A stretch of DNA of 32,000 nt from Pseudodesulfovibrio mercurii (lineage in GTDB: Bacteria > Desulfobacterota > Desulfovibrionia > Desulfovibrionales > Desulfovibrionaceae), in NCBI RefSeq assembly GCF_000189295.2, contig NC_016803.1, forward strand, positions 390,001 through 422,000, read 5' to 3'. Below, piece after piece: positions 17,630 to 24,548 of this stretch (positions are counted from its first letter, which is position 1; each line of letters begins with the position of its first letter). The notes under the pieces were generated by a model. That model did no database searches. It saw only the letters and a program-made list of their open reading frames with translations, and was not told where the DNA came from. A program made the translations under genes and the position numbers.

Positions 17630-17657
17630 TTGACATCCGGCGGGGAGTCCATATAAA
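17630..17657 (+). promoter_or_regulatory. Near-consensus sigma70-type promoter for rpsT
   Basis: TTGACA (17630-17635), 16-nt spacer, TATAAA (17652-17657). It lies about 75 nt upstream of the rpsT start. Confidence 0.6.
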
Positions 17658-17731
17658 AGGCACTCCCTTCGGGAAGAATTGCAAAACAAACGCATTTTAC
17701 TGCGATAATAAATTGATCAGGAGAAATTACC

Positions 17732-17995
17732 TTGGCTAATCACAAGTCCGCCCTGAAAAGGCACCGTCAGAGCTTGAAGCGTCGCGCCCGCAACCGTGTT
17801 TCCAAGACCCGCATCAAGAACACCGTCAAGGCCGTTCGTCTCGCCCTCGAGGAAAACGACACCGCCAAGGCTCAGGAGGCCCTGAAGGAAGCCAGCTCCG
17901 TGCTGGACCGCGCCGCCCGCAAGAAGGTCATTCACGCGCGTCAGGCCCAGCGCCGCATCGCCCGGCTCCAGGCCGCCATCAACAAGACCGCCTAA
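17732..17995 (+). CDS. rpsT: 30S ribosomal protein S20
   Basis: MANHKSALKRHRQSLKRRARNRVSKTRIKN... is canonical S20. TTG start codon lies 8 nt after GGAG. Confidence 0.93.
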   Translation: MANHKSALKRHRQSLKRRARNRVSKTRIKNTVKAVRLALEENDTAKAQEALKEASSVLDRAARKKVIHARQAQRRIARLQAAINKTA

Positions 17996-18022
17996 CGGTC
18001 TCGTTTCCACGCTGTTTTCTTC

Positions 18023-18054
18023 AGCCCGCCGCACCCTGTGCGGCGGGCTTTTTG
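18023..18054 (+). terminator. Intrinsic terminator after rpsT
   Basis: AGCCCGCCGCAC (18023-18034), CCT loop, GTGCGGCGGGCT (18038-18049): a perfect 12-bp stem running into TTTTT. Confidence 0.8.
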
Positions 18055-18157
18055 CGTTGTCCGCCGTATTAACGGACGCAATGTCATATTGTGTCTTGTC
18101 GTGCATAATCAATAATGATAACTTGGCCCCCACTGCAACCTATACAAGGAGTTGATT

Positions 18158-19006
18158 ATGAAGAGATTTTTGCTGTCCAGCCTGATGTTTCTGCTGCTCC
18201 TGGGCAACGTGTACGCGGGCGGCATCGCGTGCACGGAGACCTACGGCGACGGGGGCACGGTCTACACGCTGGCCACGGGCTCACCGGGCGAACTGGGGCT
18301 GCTCAAGGTCCTGGCCGAGACCTTCAACGCCAGGCACGGCGCGACCATGTGCTGGGTCAAGGCCGGTTCCGGCAAATCCCTGAGCCTGCTCAAGGGCGGC
18401 GAGGTGGACGCCTGCATGGTCCATGCGCCCGCCGCCGAGAAACAGGCCGTGGCCGACGGCTGGGCCGTGGACCGCACCCTGATCGGTTCCAACGAGTTCT
18501 ACATCGTCGGTCCGGCGGACGATCCGGCGGGCATCGCCGGGGCCAAGGACGCGGCCGACGCCTATGCCCGCATCGCCGGGGCCGGGGCGCTGTTCCTGTC
18601 GCGCGGCGACAATTCCGGAACGCACAAGAAGGAACTGGCCGTGTGGAAGAAGGCGGGCATTCAGCCCGAAGGGAAGTGGTATGTGGTCACCAAGGACTTC
18701 ATGATGGCCACCCTGAAGCGGGCCAACGACGAGGGCGGCTACTTCATGACCGACAGCTCCACCTGGATCATGGGCAGAAAGGACATGCCCAAGCTGAAGA
18801 TACTGTTCCGGGGCGACCCCATGCTGATCAATACCTACCACGCCCTGGCCTCGCCCGCGGGCGCACCGAATCACGAGCTGGCCGTGGAATTCATCAAGTT
18901 CCTGGCCTCGCCCGAAGGGCAGGGGGTCATCGCCGATTATGGCCGTCAGGCCTACGGCGAGGGCATGTACAACGACGCGGCATACGCCAGGCAGTACGAT
19001 CACTAG
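18158..19006 (+). CDS. Periplasmic substrate-binding protein, TupA-like (tungstate/oxyanion-binding PBP family)
   Basis: Signal peptide (LLLLGNVYA|GG) and SRGDNSGTHKKE, which I recall from TupA-type binders, with a PBP-like fold pattern. ATG at 18158 lies 6 nt after AAGGAG. No transporter genes are adjacent. Confidence 0.7.
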   Translation: MKRFLLSSLMFLLLLGNVYAGGIACTETYGDGGTVYTLATGSPGELGLLKVLAETFNARHGATMCWVKAGSGKSLSLLKGGEVDACMVHAPAAEKQAVADGWAVDRTLIGSNEFYIVGPADDPAGIAGAKDAADAYARIAGAGALFLSRGDNSGTHKKELAVWKKAGIQPEGKWYVVTKDFMMATLKRANDEGGYFMTDSSTWIMGRKDMPKLKILFRGDPMLINTYHALASPAGAPNHELAVEFIKFLASPEGQGVIADYGRQAYGEGMYNDAAYARQYDH

Positions 19007-19030
19007 GCATCGTTTTGCCGGGATGGAAAC

Positions 19031-19058
19031 GGGGGGCCGCAAGGCTCCCCTTTCTTTT
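19031..19058 (+). terminator. Intrinsic terminator between convergent genes
   Basis: GGGGGGCC-GCAA-GGCTCCCC (8-bp stem with one G-U pair), then TTTCTTTT. It abuts the Crp/Fnr gene stop at 19062. Confidence 0.6.
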
Positions 19059-19061
19059 AGG

Positions 19062-19739
19062 CTAGCGGCCCTCGTCGGCCAGTTCGCGCAGCCGATCCGG
19101 GTCGAGGAGGGTTATCTCCCGGCCCCGGATGTCGATCAGCCCCTCGTCGGTGAAGCGCTTGAAGATGCGCGACAGGGTTTCCTGGATGGTCCCGAGATAC
19201 AGGGCGATCTGGCCCTTGGGCAGGTCCAGGCGGAAGGTGTCGGAGTCCGTGGACGAGCGCAGGAGCAGGAGGTAGGCGGCCACCCTGGCCGGGGTTTCCT
19301 TGAGGCTCAGGTCGTCGATCTTGTTGACCAGGATGCGCAGGCGCTGGGAGAGCATGGCCATCATGCGCATGGCCAGGTCCGGGTCATCGCGCAGAATGTC
19401 GCGGAAGGCGGCGCGCGGGAAGAACAGGGTTTCGCAGGGCTCCACGGCCTCGCACTGGGCCGGGAAGGTCCCGCCCTCGAAGACCGGGACCTCGCCCACG
19501 GCCTCGCCCGGACCAAAGACGTGCAGGATCTGCTCCTTGCCCGCCGGGGAGGTGCGGAAGACCTTGACCCGCCCCGTGATCGGCGCATGGAACCCGTCCG
19601 CCGGGGCGTCCGCCAGGAACAGGGTCTCGCCCTTGTCGTACCGCCTGGTCACGGCGATGGCCGCCAGCTTGGCCAACTGGTCCTCGGGCAGTCCCCGGAA
19701 AAAGGTCACGCCGCGCACGGCCGCCAGCTTGTCCCGCAA
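19062..19739 (-). CDS. Crp/Fnr-family transcriptional regulator
   Basis: 225 aa with a cNMP-binding-type beta-barrel (FFRGLPEDQL...GEAVGEVPVFEGG) and a C-terminal HTH with an FNR-like recognition helix, QETLSR (E-x-x-S-R). No N-terminal FNR Cys cluster. TTG start lies 8 nt after GGAG. Confidence 0.88.
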   Translation of the reverse strand: MRDKLAAVRGVTFFRGLPEDQLAKLAAIAVTRRYDKGETLFLADAPADGFHAPITGRVKVFRTSPAGKEQILHVFGPGEAVGEVPVFEGGTFPAQCEAVEPCETLFFPRAAFRDILRDDPDLAMRMMAMLSQRLRILVNKIDDLSLKETPARVAAYLLLLRSSTDSDTFRLDLPKGQIALYLGTIQETLSRIFKRFTDEGLIDIRGREITLLDPDRLRELADEGR

Positions 19740-19775
19740 AACATTTTCTCCATATTTTCTGGTTGAAAGATTAAT

Positions 19776-19789
19776 TTGACCTAAGTCAT
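19776..19789. promoter_or_regulatory. FNR-type inverted repeat TTGAC-N4-GTCAT (candidate operator or activator site)
   Basis: TTGACCTAAGTCAT lies in the 84-bp divergent intergenic region, with one mismatch from a perfect 5-4-5 palindrome. A further GTCAA half-site is at 19797-19801. Confidence 0.4.
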
Positions 19790-19823
19790 GGTCGAGGTCA
19801 AAAAGATTGTTCAGGATGGGGCC

Positions 19824-21155
19824 ATGGAAAACGGAACCGCGACGTCATACCGTCTGATCCCGCCCATGGCGGCCCTGCTCCTGCTCGGGGCGCACGGCCT
19901 GCGCCAGGGCGACTTCGGCCTGGCCGCCTCCCTGGCGGTCCTGGCCGGGCTGCTCGCGGCCCGGCGGGCCTGGGCGCGTCCCGTGGCGGCTGCCGCGCTC
20001 CTCTGGGGCGGCTTTGTCTGGGCGCAGGCCACGGTGGACTTCATCGGGTTTCGTCTGGTCCTGGGCGAGCCCTGGGAGCGGCTGGCCTGGATCATGGGCG
20101 GGGTCATCCTCCTAGACGGCGTGGGCCTGCTGGCCTTGCTCGGCCGGGGGCTCGACGGCTGGTTCGACCGCGAGCGGGAGTGGGCCGGGCCGCGCGCGGC
20201 CATGTTTCTGCTCACGGTGATCGGCCTGGCCGCGGCCCGGAGCAAGGTCTCTTTCCCCATTCTGCTGGCGGACCGCTATTGGCCCGGCTGGGGCTGGTTC
20301 GAGATATTCCTGCTCGGCTGCTACGCCCAGTGGATCGGCGCGCGCATGCGTACCCCCAAGGGGCACCGGACGGTCCGTCCGCGCGTCTGGGCGCTGTTTT
20401 CGGCCGTGTTCTTCCTGCAACTGGCCCTGGGGCTCCTGGGCATGGACCGCATGCTCATGACCGGGACCCTGCACCTGCCGGTCCCGGCCCTGATCGCGGC
20501 CGGTCCGGTCTTTCGCGGGTCCGGCTACTTCATGCTCGTCCTGTTCGGCGCGACCCTGCTCCTGGTCGGCCCGGCCTGGTGCAGCCACCTGTGCTACATC
20601 GGGGCCTGGGACGACGCCATGAGCCGTCTGGGCGGCAGGCCCGCGCCGTCCGGGACCCTGCGTTCCCTGAGCCTGTGGGGCAGGGGGGCGACCCTGGTCC
20701 TGGCCGTGGGCGCGGCCTGGGCGCTGCGCGTCCTCCAGGTGCCGGGCGCGAGCGCCGTGCTCCTGGGCGCTGCCTTCGGGCTGGTCGGGGTGGGGGTCAT
20801 GGTCTTCGTCTCCCGCCGCAGGGGGATGATGGTCCACTGCACCGCGTTCTGCCCCATGGGGCTCGTGGGCAACATTTTCGGGCGCATCGCGCCCTGGCGC
20901 ATCCGCATCGACGCGGACTGCACCCGGTGCGGGGCCTGCCTGACCCGCTGCCGGTACAACGCCCTGGACGAGGCGCGCCTGGCAAAGGGACGCCCGGCCC
21001 TGTCCTGCACCCTGTGCGGCGATTGCGTGTCCGCCTGCGCCCACGGCCGCATAGGCTATGTTTTTCCCGGTCTTTCCCGCGACGCCGCCCGGACCGCGTT
21101 CATCGTCCTGGCGGTCAGTCTCCACGCCGTGTTCCTCGGCGTGGCCAGAATATGA
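19824..21155 (+). CDS. Polytopic membrane iron-sulfur protein with a NapH-like core (CX3C, CX3CP, two CX2CX2CX3C ferredoxin motifs)
   Basis: About 10-11 hydrophobic helices, with WCSHLCY, HCTAFCPMG, CTRCGACLTRC and CTLCGDCVSAC. Start is uncertain: the ATG at 19788 lies inside the FNR-type box, and the ATG at 19824 follows AGGA by 7 nt. Confidence 0.7.
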   Translation: MENGTATSYRLIPPMAALLLLGAHGLRQGDFGLAASLAVLAGLLAARRAWARPVAAAALLWGGFVWAQATVDFIGFRLVLGEPWERLAWIMGGVILLDGVGLLALLGRGLDGWFDREREWAGPRAAMFLLTVIGLAAARSKVSFPILLADRYWPGWGWFEIFLLGCYAQWIGARMRTPKGHRTVRPRVWALFSAVFFLQLALGLLGMDRMLMTGTLHLPVPALIAAGPVFRGSGYFMLVLFGATLLLVGPAWCSHLCYIGAWDDAMSRLGGRPAPSGTLRSLSLWGRGATLVLAVGAAWALRVLQVPGASAVLLGAAFGLVGVGVMVFVSRRRGMMVHCTAFCPMGLVGNIFGRIAPWRIRIDADCTRCGACLTRCRYNALDEARLAKGRPALSCTLCGDCVSACAHGRIGYVFPGLSRDAARTAFIVLAVSLHAVFLGVARI

Positions 21156-21184
21156 ACCATCTTGAAAACCAAGGGGATAGGAAA

Positions 21185-21979
21185 ATGATCCATGAGCGTA
21201 AAATGATCACCATCGATGAGGACCTGTGCACCGGCTGCGGCCAGTGTGTGCCCGCCTGCGCCGAAGGGGCCCTGGCCATCGTTGACGGCAAGGCCCGGCT
21301 GGTCAAGGAAATCTACTGCGACGGCCTGGGCGCCTGCCTGGGCGATTGCCCCACGGGCGCGCTCAAGGTGGAGGTTCGCAAGGCCGCCGATTTTGACCCC
21401 GAGGCCGTGACCGAACACCTCAAGGCCCAGGGCCGCGAGGTGCCGGACCACATGCCCGACCCCGAGTCCCTGCGCCTGGGCGCGAAGGCGTCCTCCGAGG
21501 GGGCCAGGGTGGGCGGCTGCCCCGGCGCGGCCCTCCAGACCCTGACCCCGTGCGGCCGGGCCAACGTGCCCACGGCCCAGGGGGCGGGCTCGGCCCTGTC
21601 CCACTGGCCGGTGCAGCTGCGTCTGGTGCCGCCCGACGCGCCGTTCCTCAAGCATGCGGACCTGCTCCTGACCGCGGACTGCGTGCCCGTGGCCATGCCG
21701 ACCTACCACGGCGACTACGTGCCGGACCGGGTGGTCCTCATGGGCTGCCCCAAGTTCGACGACCAGATGGCGTATGTGGACAAGCTGGCCGGGATCATTG
21801 CGGAAAACGACCTCAAGTCCATCACGGTCATGGAGATGGAGGTGCCGTGCTGCTCCTCCATGAGCGCCATCCTGAACGAGGCGGTCAAGCGCGCGGGGAA
21901 GGCCGTGCCCACCGAGCGGGTGACGGTCAGCCGCACCGGGGCCGTGCTCAGGACCACCCAATTGCATTTTGAACTCTAG
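21185..21979 (+). CDS. Soluble 4Fe-4S ferredoxin-domain protein, FrdX-like (family usually seen next to hcp)
   Basis: ITIDEDLCTGCGQCVPAC...YCDGLGACLGDCPTGAL, then a C-terminal Cys-containing domain (HWPVQLRLVP, ADCVPVA, GCPKFDD, EVPCC). Candidate starts are 21152 (ATGA overlap with the upstream stop), 21185 (AAGGGG upstream) and 21203. The ORF-track start at 20180 is a shadow extension. Confidence 0.75.
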   Translation: MIHERKMITIDEDLCTGCGQCVPACAEGALAIVDGKARLVKEIYCDGLGACLGDCPTGALKVEVRKAADFDPEAVTEHLKAQGREVPDHMPDPESLRLGAKASSEGARVGGCPGAALQTLTPCGRANVPTAQGAGSALSHWPVQLRLVPPDAPFLKHADLLLTADCVPVAMPTYHGDYVPDRVVLMGCPKFDDQMAYVDKLAGIIAENDLKSITVMEMEVPCCSSMSAILNEAVKRAGKAVPTERVTVSRTGAVLRTTQLHFEL

Positions 21980-21989
21980 GAGGATCGTC

Positions 21990-22307
21990 ATGAAGAAGAT
22001 CGAACTGTTCGAGATACACGGCTTCAAGGACCTGACCTTTTCCAACTACCTGGCCCACGAGTCCGAGTTCATGAAGGTCATCAACTTCAACTTCAGGGCC
22101 GGGCAGAAGCTGCCCATCCACTCCCACGACCTGGAAGGGGAGCTGACCCTGACCATCCTCGAGGGGGAGGGCGAGTTCCTGGGCGCGGACGGCGCGACCA
22201 TGCCCGCCCGGCCCGGCGACGTGCTCGTCTCGCGGATCGCCGAACCCCACGGGGTGCGGGCCATTACGGACATGCGCGTGCTGGTGCACATCGCCCCGCC
22301 CATCTGA
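21990..22307 (+). CDS. Cupin-domain protein (about 105 aa)
   Basis: Cupin motif 1-like GQKLPIHSHDLEGE and motif 2-like PGDVLVSRIAEPHGV. ATG at 21990 lies 6 nt after AGGAGGA. Confidence 0.75.
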   Translation: MKKIELFEIHGFKDLTFSNYLAHESEFMKVINFNFRAGQKLPIHSHDLEGELTLTILEGEGEFLGADGATMPARPGDVLVSRIAEPHGVRAITDMRVLVHIAPPI

Positions 22308-22339
22308 TTCGTCATGCGCGACAAGGAGCGAATAAAGAC

Positions 22340-23011
22340 ATGAACATGGAAGCATACATAGCGGGCTTGCCCAAGGGCGCTGTCCGTCCGCGCAAGGACG
22401 GCACGTACACCGTGGTCCCGCGCATGCGTCTGGGGCAGATGGACGCGGACCTGCTGGAGGCCGTCACCCGCGCCGTGCGGGACAACGGCCTGGCCGGGGT
22501 GCGGCTGGCCGCCAGCCAGCGGCTGATGATCGACAACGTGCCCGCGTCCGCGCTACGAAGCGTGGTCGAGGCCGTGGGGCTGGTGGGCGACGCCTACCGG
22601 TACAAGGTCCAGGGATGTTTGGGCTCGGCCGGATGCAAGCTCGGCCAGCAGGACTCCCTGGGCGCGGCCGACCGGCTGGAGCGGATGCTGGCGGACTTCA
22701 GCCTGCCCGCCAAGCTCAAGACCGGCGTCTCCGGCTGCCCCATGTGCTGCGCCGAGTCCCTGGTGCGCGATGTGGGGTTGTTCGGCAAAAAACACGGCTG
22801 GACCGTGACCTTCGGCGGCAACGGCGGCAAGCGCGTGCGCCAGGGGGACATCCTGGCCGAGGACGTCTCCGAGGCGGAGGCCTTCGCGGTCATCCGCAAG
22901 GCCCTGGCCTTTTACGCCGCGCAGGGCAAGGTGAAGGAGCGGACCGCCCGGTTCGTGGAACGGGTCGGCGTGGAGGCGGTCAGGGACGCGGTTGGGGCGG
23001 CCATCGGCTGA
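22340..23011 (+). CDS. Small siroheme/[4Fe-4S] sulfite/nitrite-reductase-like protein (low-molecular-weight Sir type)
   Basis: 223 aa with a NIR_SIR ferredoxin-like half domain (VVPRMRLGQMDADLLEAVTRAV...VRLAASQRLMIDNV). The Cys ligand pattern is C-X5-C (GCLGSAGC) plus C-X3-C (GCPMCC), typical of siroheme-[4Fe-4S] centres. Confidence 0.8.
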   Translation: MNMEAYIAGLPKGAVRPRKDGTYTVVPRMRLGQMDADLLEAVTRAVRDNGLAGVRLAASQRLMIDNVPASALRSVVEAVGLVGDAYRYKVQGCLGSAGCKLGQQDSLGAADRLERMLADFSLPAKLKTGVSGCPMCCAESLVRDVGLFGKKHGWTVTFGGNGGKRVRQGDILAEDVSEAEAFAVIRKALAFYAAQGKVKERTARFVERVGVEAVRDAVGAAIG

Positions 23012-23032
23012 TCCCGCCAAATGACCGCGCCC

Positions 23033-23068
23033 GGGCGGGCGGCCACGGGATTCCGTGGCCGCCCGCCC
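23033..23068 (+). terminator. Very stable hairpin after the redox operon (probable terminator with a weak U-tract)
   Basis: GGGCGGGCGGCCACGG-GATT-CCGTGGCCGCCCGCCC is a perfect 16-bp stem. It is followed by TTGGTT. Confidence 0.55.
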
Positions 23069-23162
23069 TTGGTTAACGGCCGGATATCATTGGCCCGAAG
23101 GGGGACCCGCATTCTTGCACTGGCGGAAAAACATGGGTAAAAGGTAGAGTGCTTTTCACTCA

Positions 23163-24548
23163 ATGAAGGAGCGTCATTTGCGGGTCATCATCATAGGCGC
23201 CGGCGAGGTCGGCTACCACCTCGCGCAGCGGCTGGCGGTGGAAAACAAGGAAGTCGTGGTCGTGGACACCAGCGACGAGGCCCTGCGCAAGGTCGCGGAG
23301 AGCTCGGACGTCCAGACCATTAAGGGCTCTGGGTCCAGCCCCAAGGTCCTTGAGGACGCGGGCATTCGGGAGGCCGACATCTTCCTGGCCGTGACCGACT
23401 CCGACGAGATCAACCTGATCAGCTGCTACTACGCCAACATGCTCAGCGAGGGGGTCACCAAACTGGCCCGCATCCGCAACGAGATGTATACGAATTACAG
23501 CCAGTTGCTGACCGAACGTGGGGCGCACATCACCAAGATCATCAACCCCGACGAAGAGGTGGTCAACTCGGTGCTGCGGCTCATGAGCGTGCCCGGCGCG
23601 GTGGAGATCAACGAGTTCGCGGGCGGCAAGATCCGGCTCATCGGCATCCACCTGCCGGACCGCAGCCCCATCGTGGGCAGCCCGCTCATCCAACTGCGCG
23701 AAAAGATCGGCGATGACTTGGGACTGGTCATCGCGGCCATCGTGCGCAACGATAAGCTGATCATCCCCGGCGGTCAGGACGTGCTGAAAAAGGGCGACCT
23801 GGTCTATTTCGTCTGCGACATCCGCGACCAGGATGAGATCCTGGCCCGGCTCGGCATCGTGGACGACCCGGTGCGCAAGGTCCTGATCATCGGCGGCGGC
23901 AACATCGGCTTCCGCCTGGCCAAGGCCCTGGACAACAAGTACTACCACACCCGGCTGCTGGAGAACCGCCAGAAGCGGTGCGAATACCTGTCCGAGCACC
24001 TGGACCGGCCCATCGTGCTCATGGGCGACTCCACGGACCAGGAAATCCTGCGCGAGGAGAACATCCAGGACATGGACATGGTCATCGCCGTGACCGGCGA
24101 CGAGGAGACCAACATCCTGTCCTGCCTGCTGGCCAAGTCCCTCGGGGCCAAGCGCACGGTGACGCGCGTCAACAATTTCGGCTATATGCCCCTGATCGAG
24201 CCCATCGGCATCGACTACGTGGTCTGCCCCCGGCTGTCGGCCATCAACTCCCTGCTGCACTACATCCGGCGGGGCAAGATCATCTCCTCGGTGTCCATCA
24301 AGGGCGAGGAGGCCGAGGCGCTGGAGGCCGTGGCCCTGGAGGATTCCCCCATCGTGGGCAAGGCGGTCAAGGACCTCGGATTTCCACGCGGCAGCCTGGT
24401 TCTCTGCTTCCAGCGCGGCGACGAGGTGGTCATCCCGCGCGGCGACTCCGTGGTCCGGCCCAACGACAGGCTGATCATCATTTCCACCAGCCAGACCATC
24501 CCCAAGGTGGAGCGGGTCCTGACCACCCGGGTGGAGGAGCTCTTCTAG
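23163..24548 (+). CDS. trkA: Trk potassium uptake system NAD-binding subunit TrkA
   Basis: Two RCK_N repeats (VIIIGAGEVGYHLA and VLIIGGGNIGFRLA), each followed by an RCK_C-like segment. A possible alternative TTG start at 23178 lies 5 nt after AAGGAG. Confidence 0.92.
   Translation: MKERHLRVIIIGAGEVGYHLAQRLAVENKEVVVVDTSDEALRKVAESSDVQTIKGSGSSPKVLEDAGIREADIFLAVTDSDEINLISCYYANMLSEGVTKLARIRNEMYTNYSQLLTERGAHITKIINPDEEVVNSVLRLMSVPGAVEINEFAGGKIRLIGIHLPDRSPIVGSPLIQLREKIGDDLGLVIAAIVRNDKLIIPGGQDVLKKGDLVYFVCDIRDQDEILARLGIVDDPVRKVLIIGGGNIGFRLAKALDNKYYHTRLLENRQKRCEYLSEHLDRPIVLMGDSTDQEILREENIQDMDMVIAVTGDEETNILSCLLAKSLGAKRTVTRVNNFGYMPLIEPIGIDYVVCPRLSAINSLLHYIRRGKIISSVSIKGEEAEALEAVALEDSPIVGKAVKDLGFPRGSLVLCFQRGDEVVIPRGDSVVRPNDRLIIISTSQTIPKVERVLTTRVEELF

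Noticed and set aside
15440-17695. 751-aa minus-strand ORF
   Set aside because: It is antisense to glyS, whose frame carries conserved GlyS motifs.
18122-18137. Sigma54-like TTGGC...TGCA upstream of the TupA-like gene
   Set aside because: The distance from GG to GC is 10 nt rather than the 12 nt of the consensus TGGCAC-N5-TTGC, so spacing is incompatible.
20180-21184. 5' two-thirds of the 599-aa ORF 20180..21979
   Set aside because: It is out of frame over the NapH-like membrane gene and Arg/Pro/Gly-rich. Only the part from about 21152-21203 onward looks like a real ferredoxin-domain protein.
23069-23162. c-di-AMP (ydaO-type) riboswitch upstream of trkA, prompted by CCCGAAGGGGGACCC
   Set aside because: Only one short motif resembles the GGGGGACCC element as I remember it. 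The other conserved segments I recall are absent, and under 100 nt is available, which is too short.
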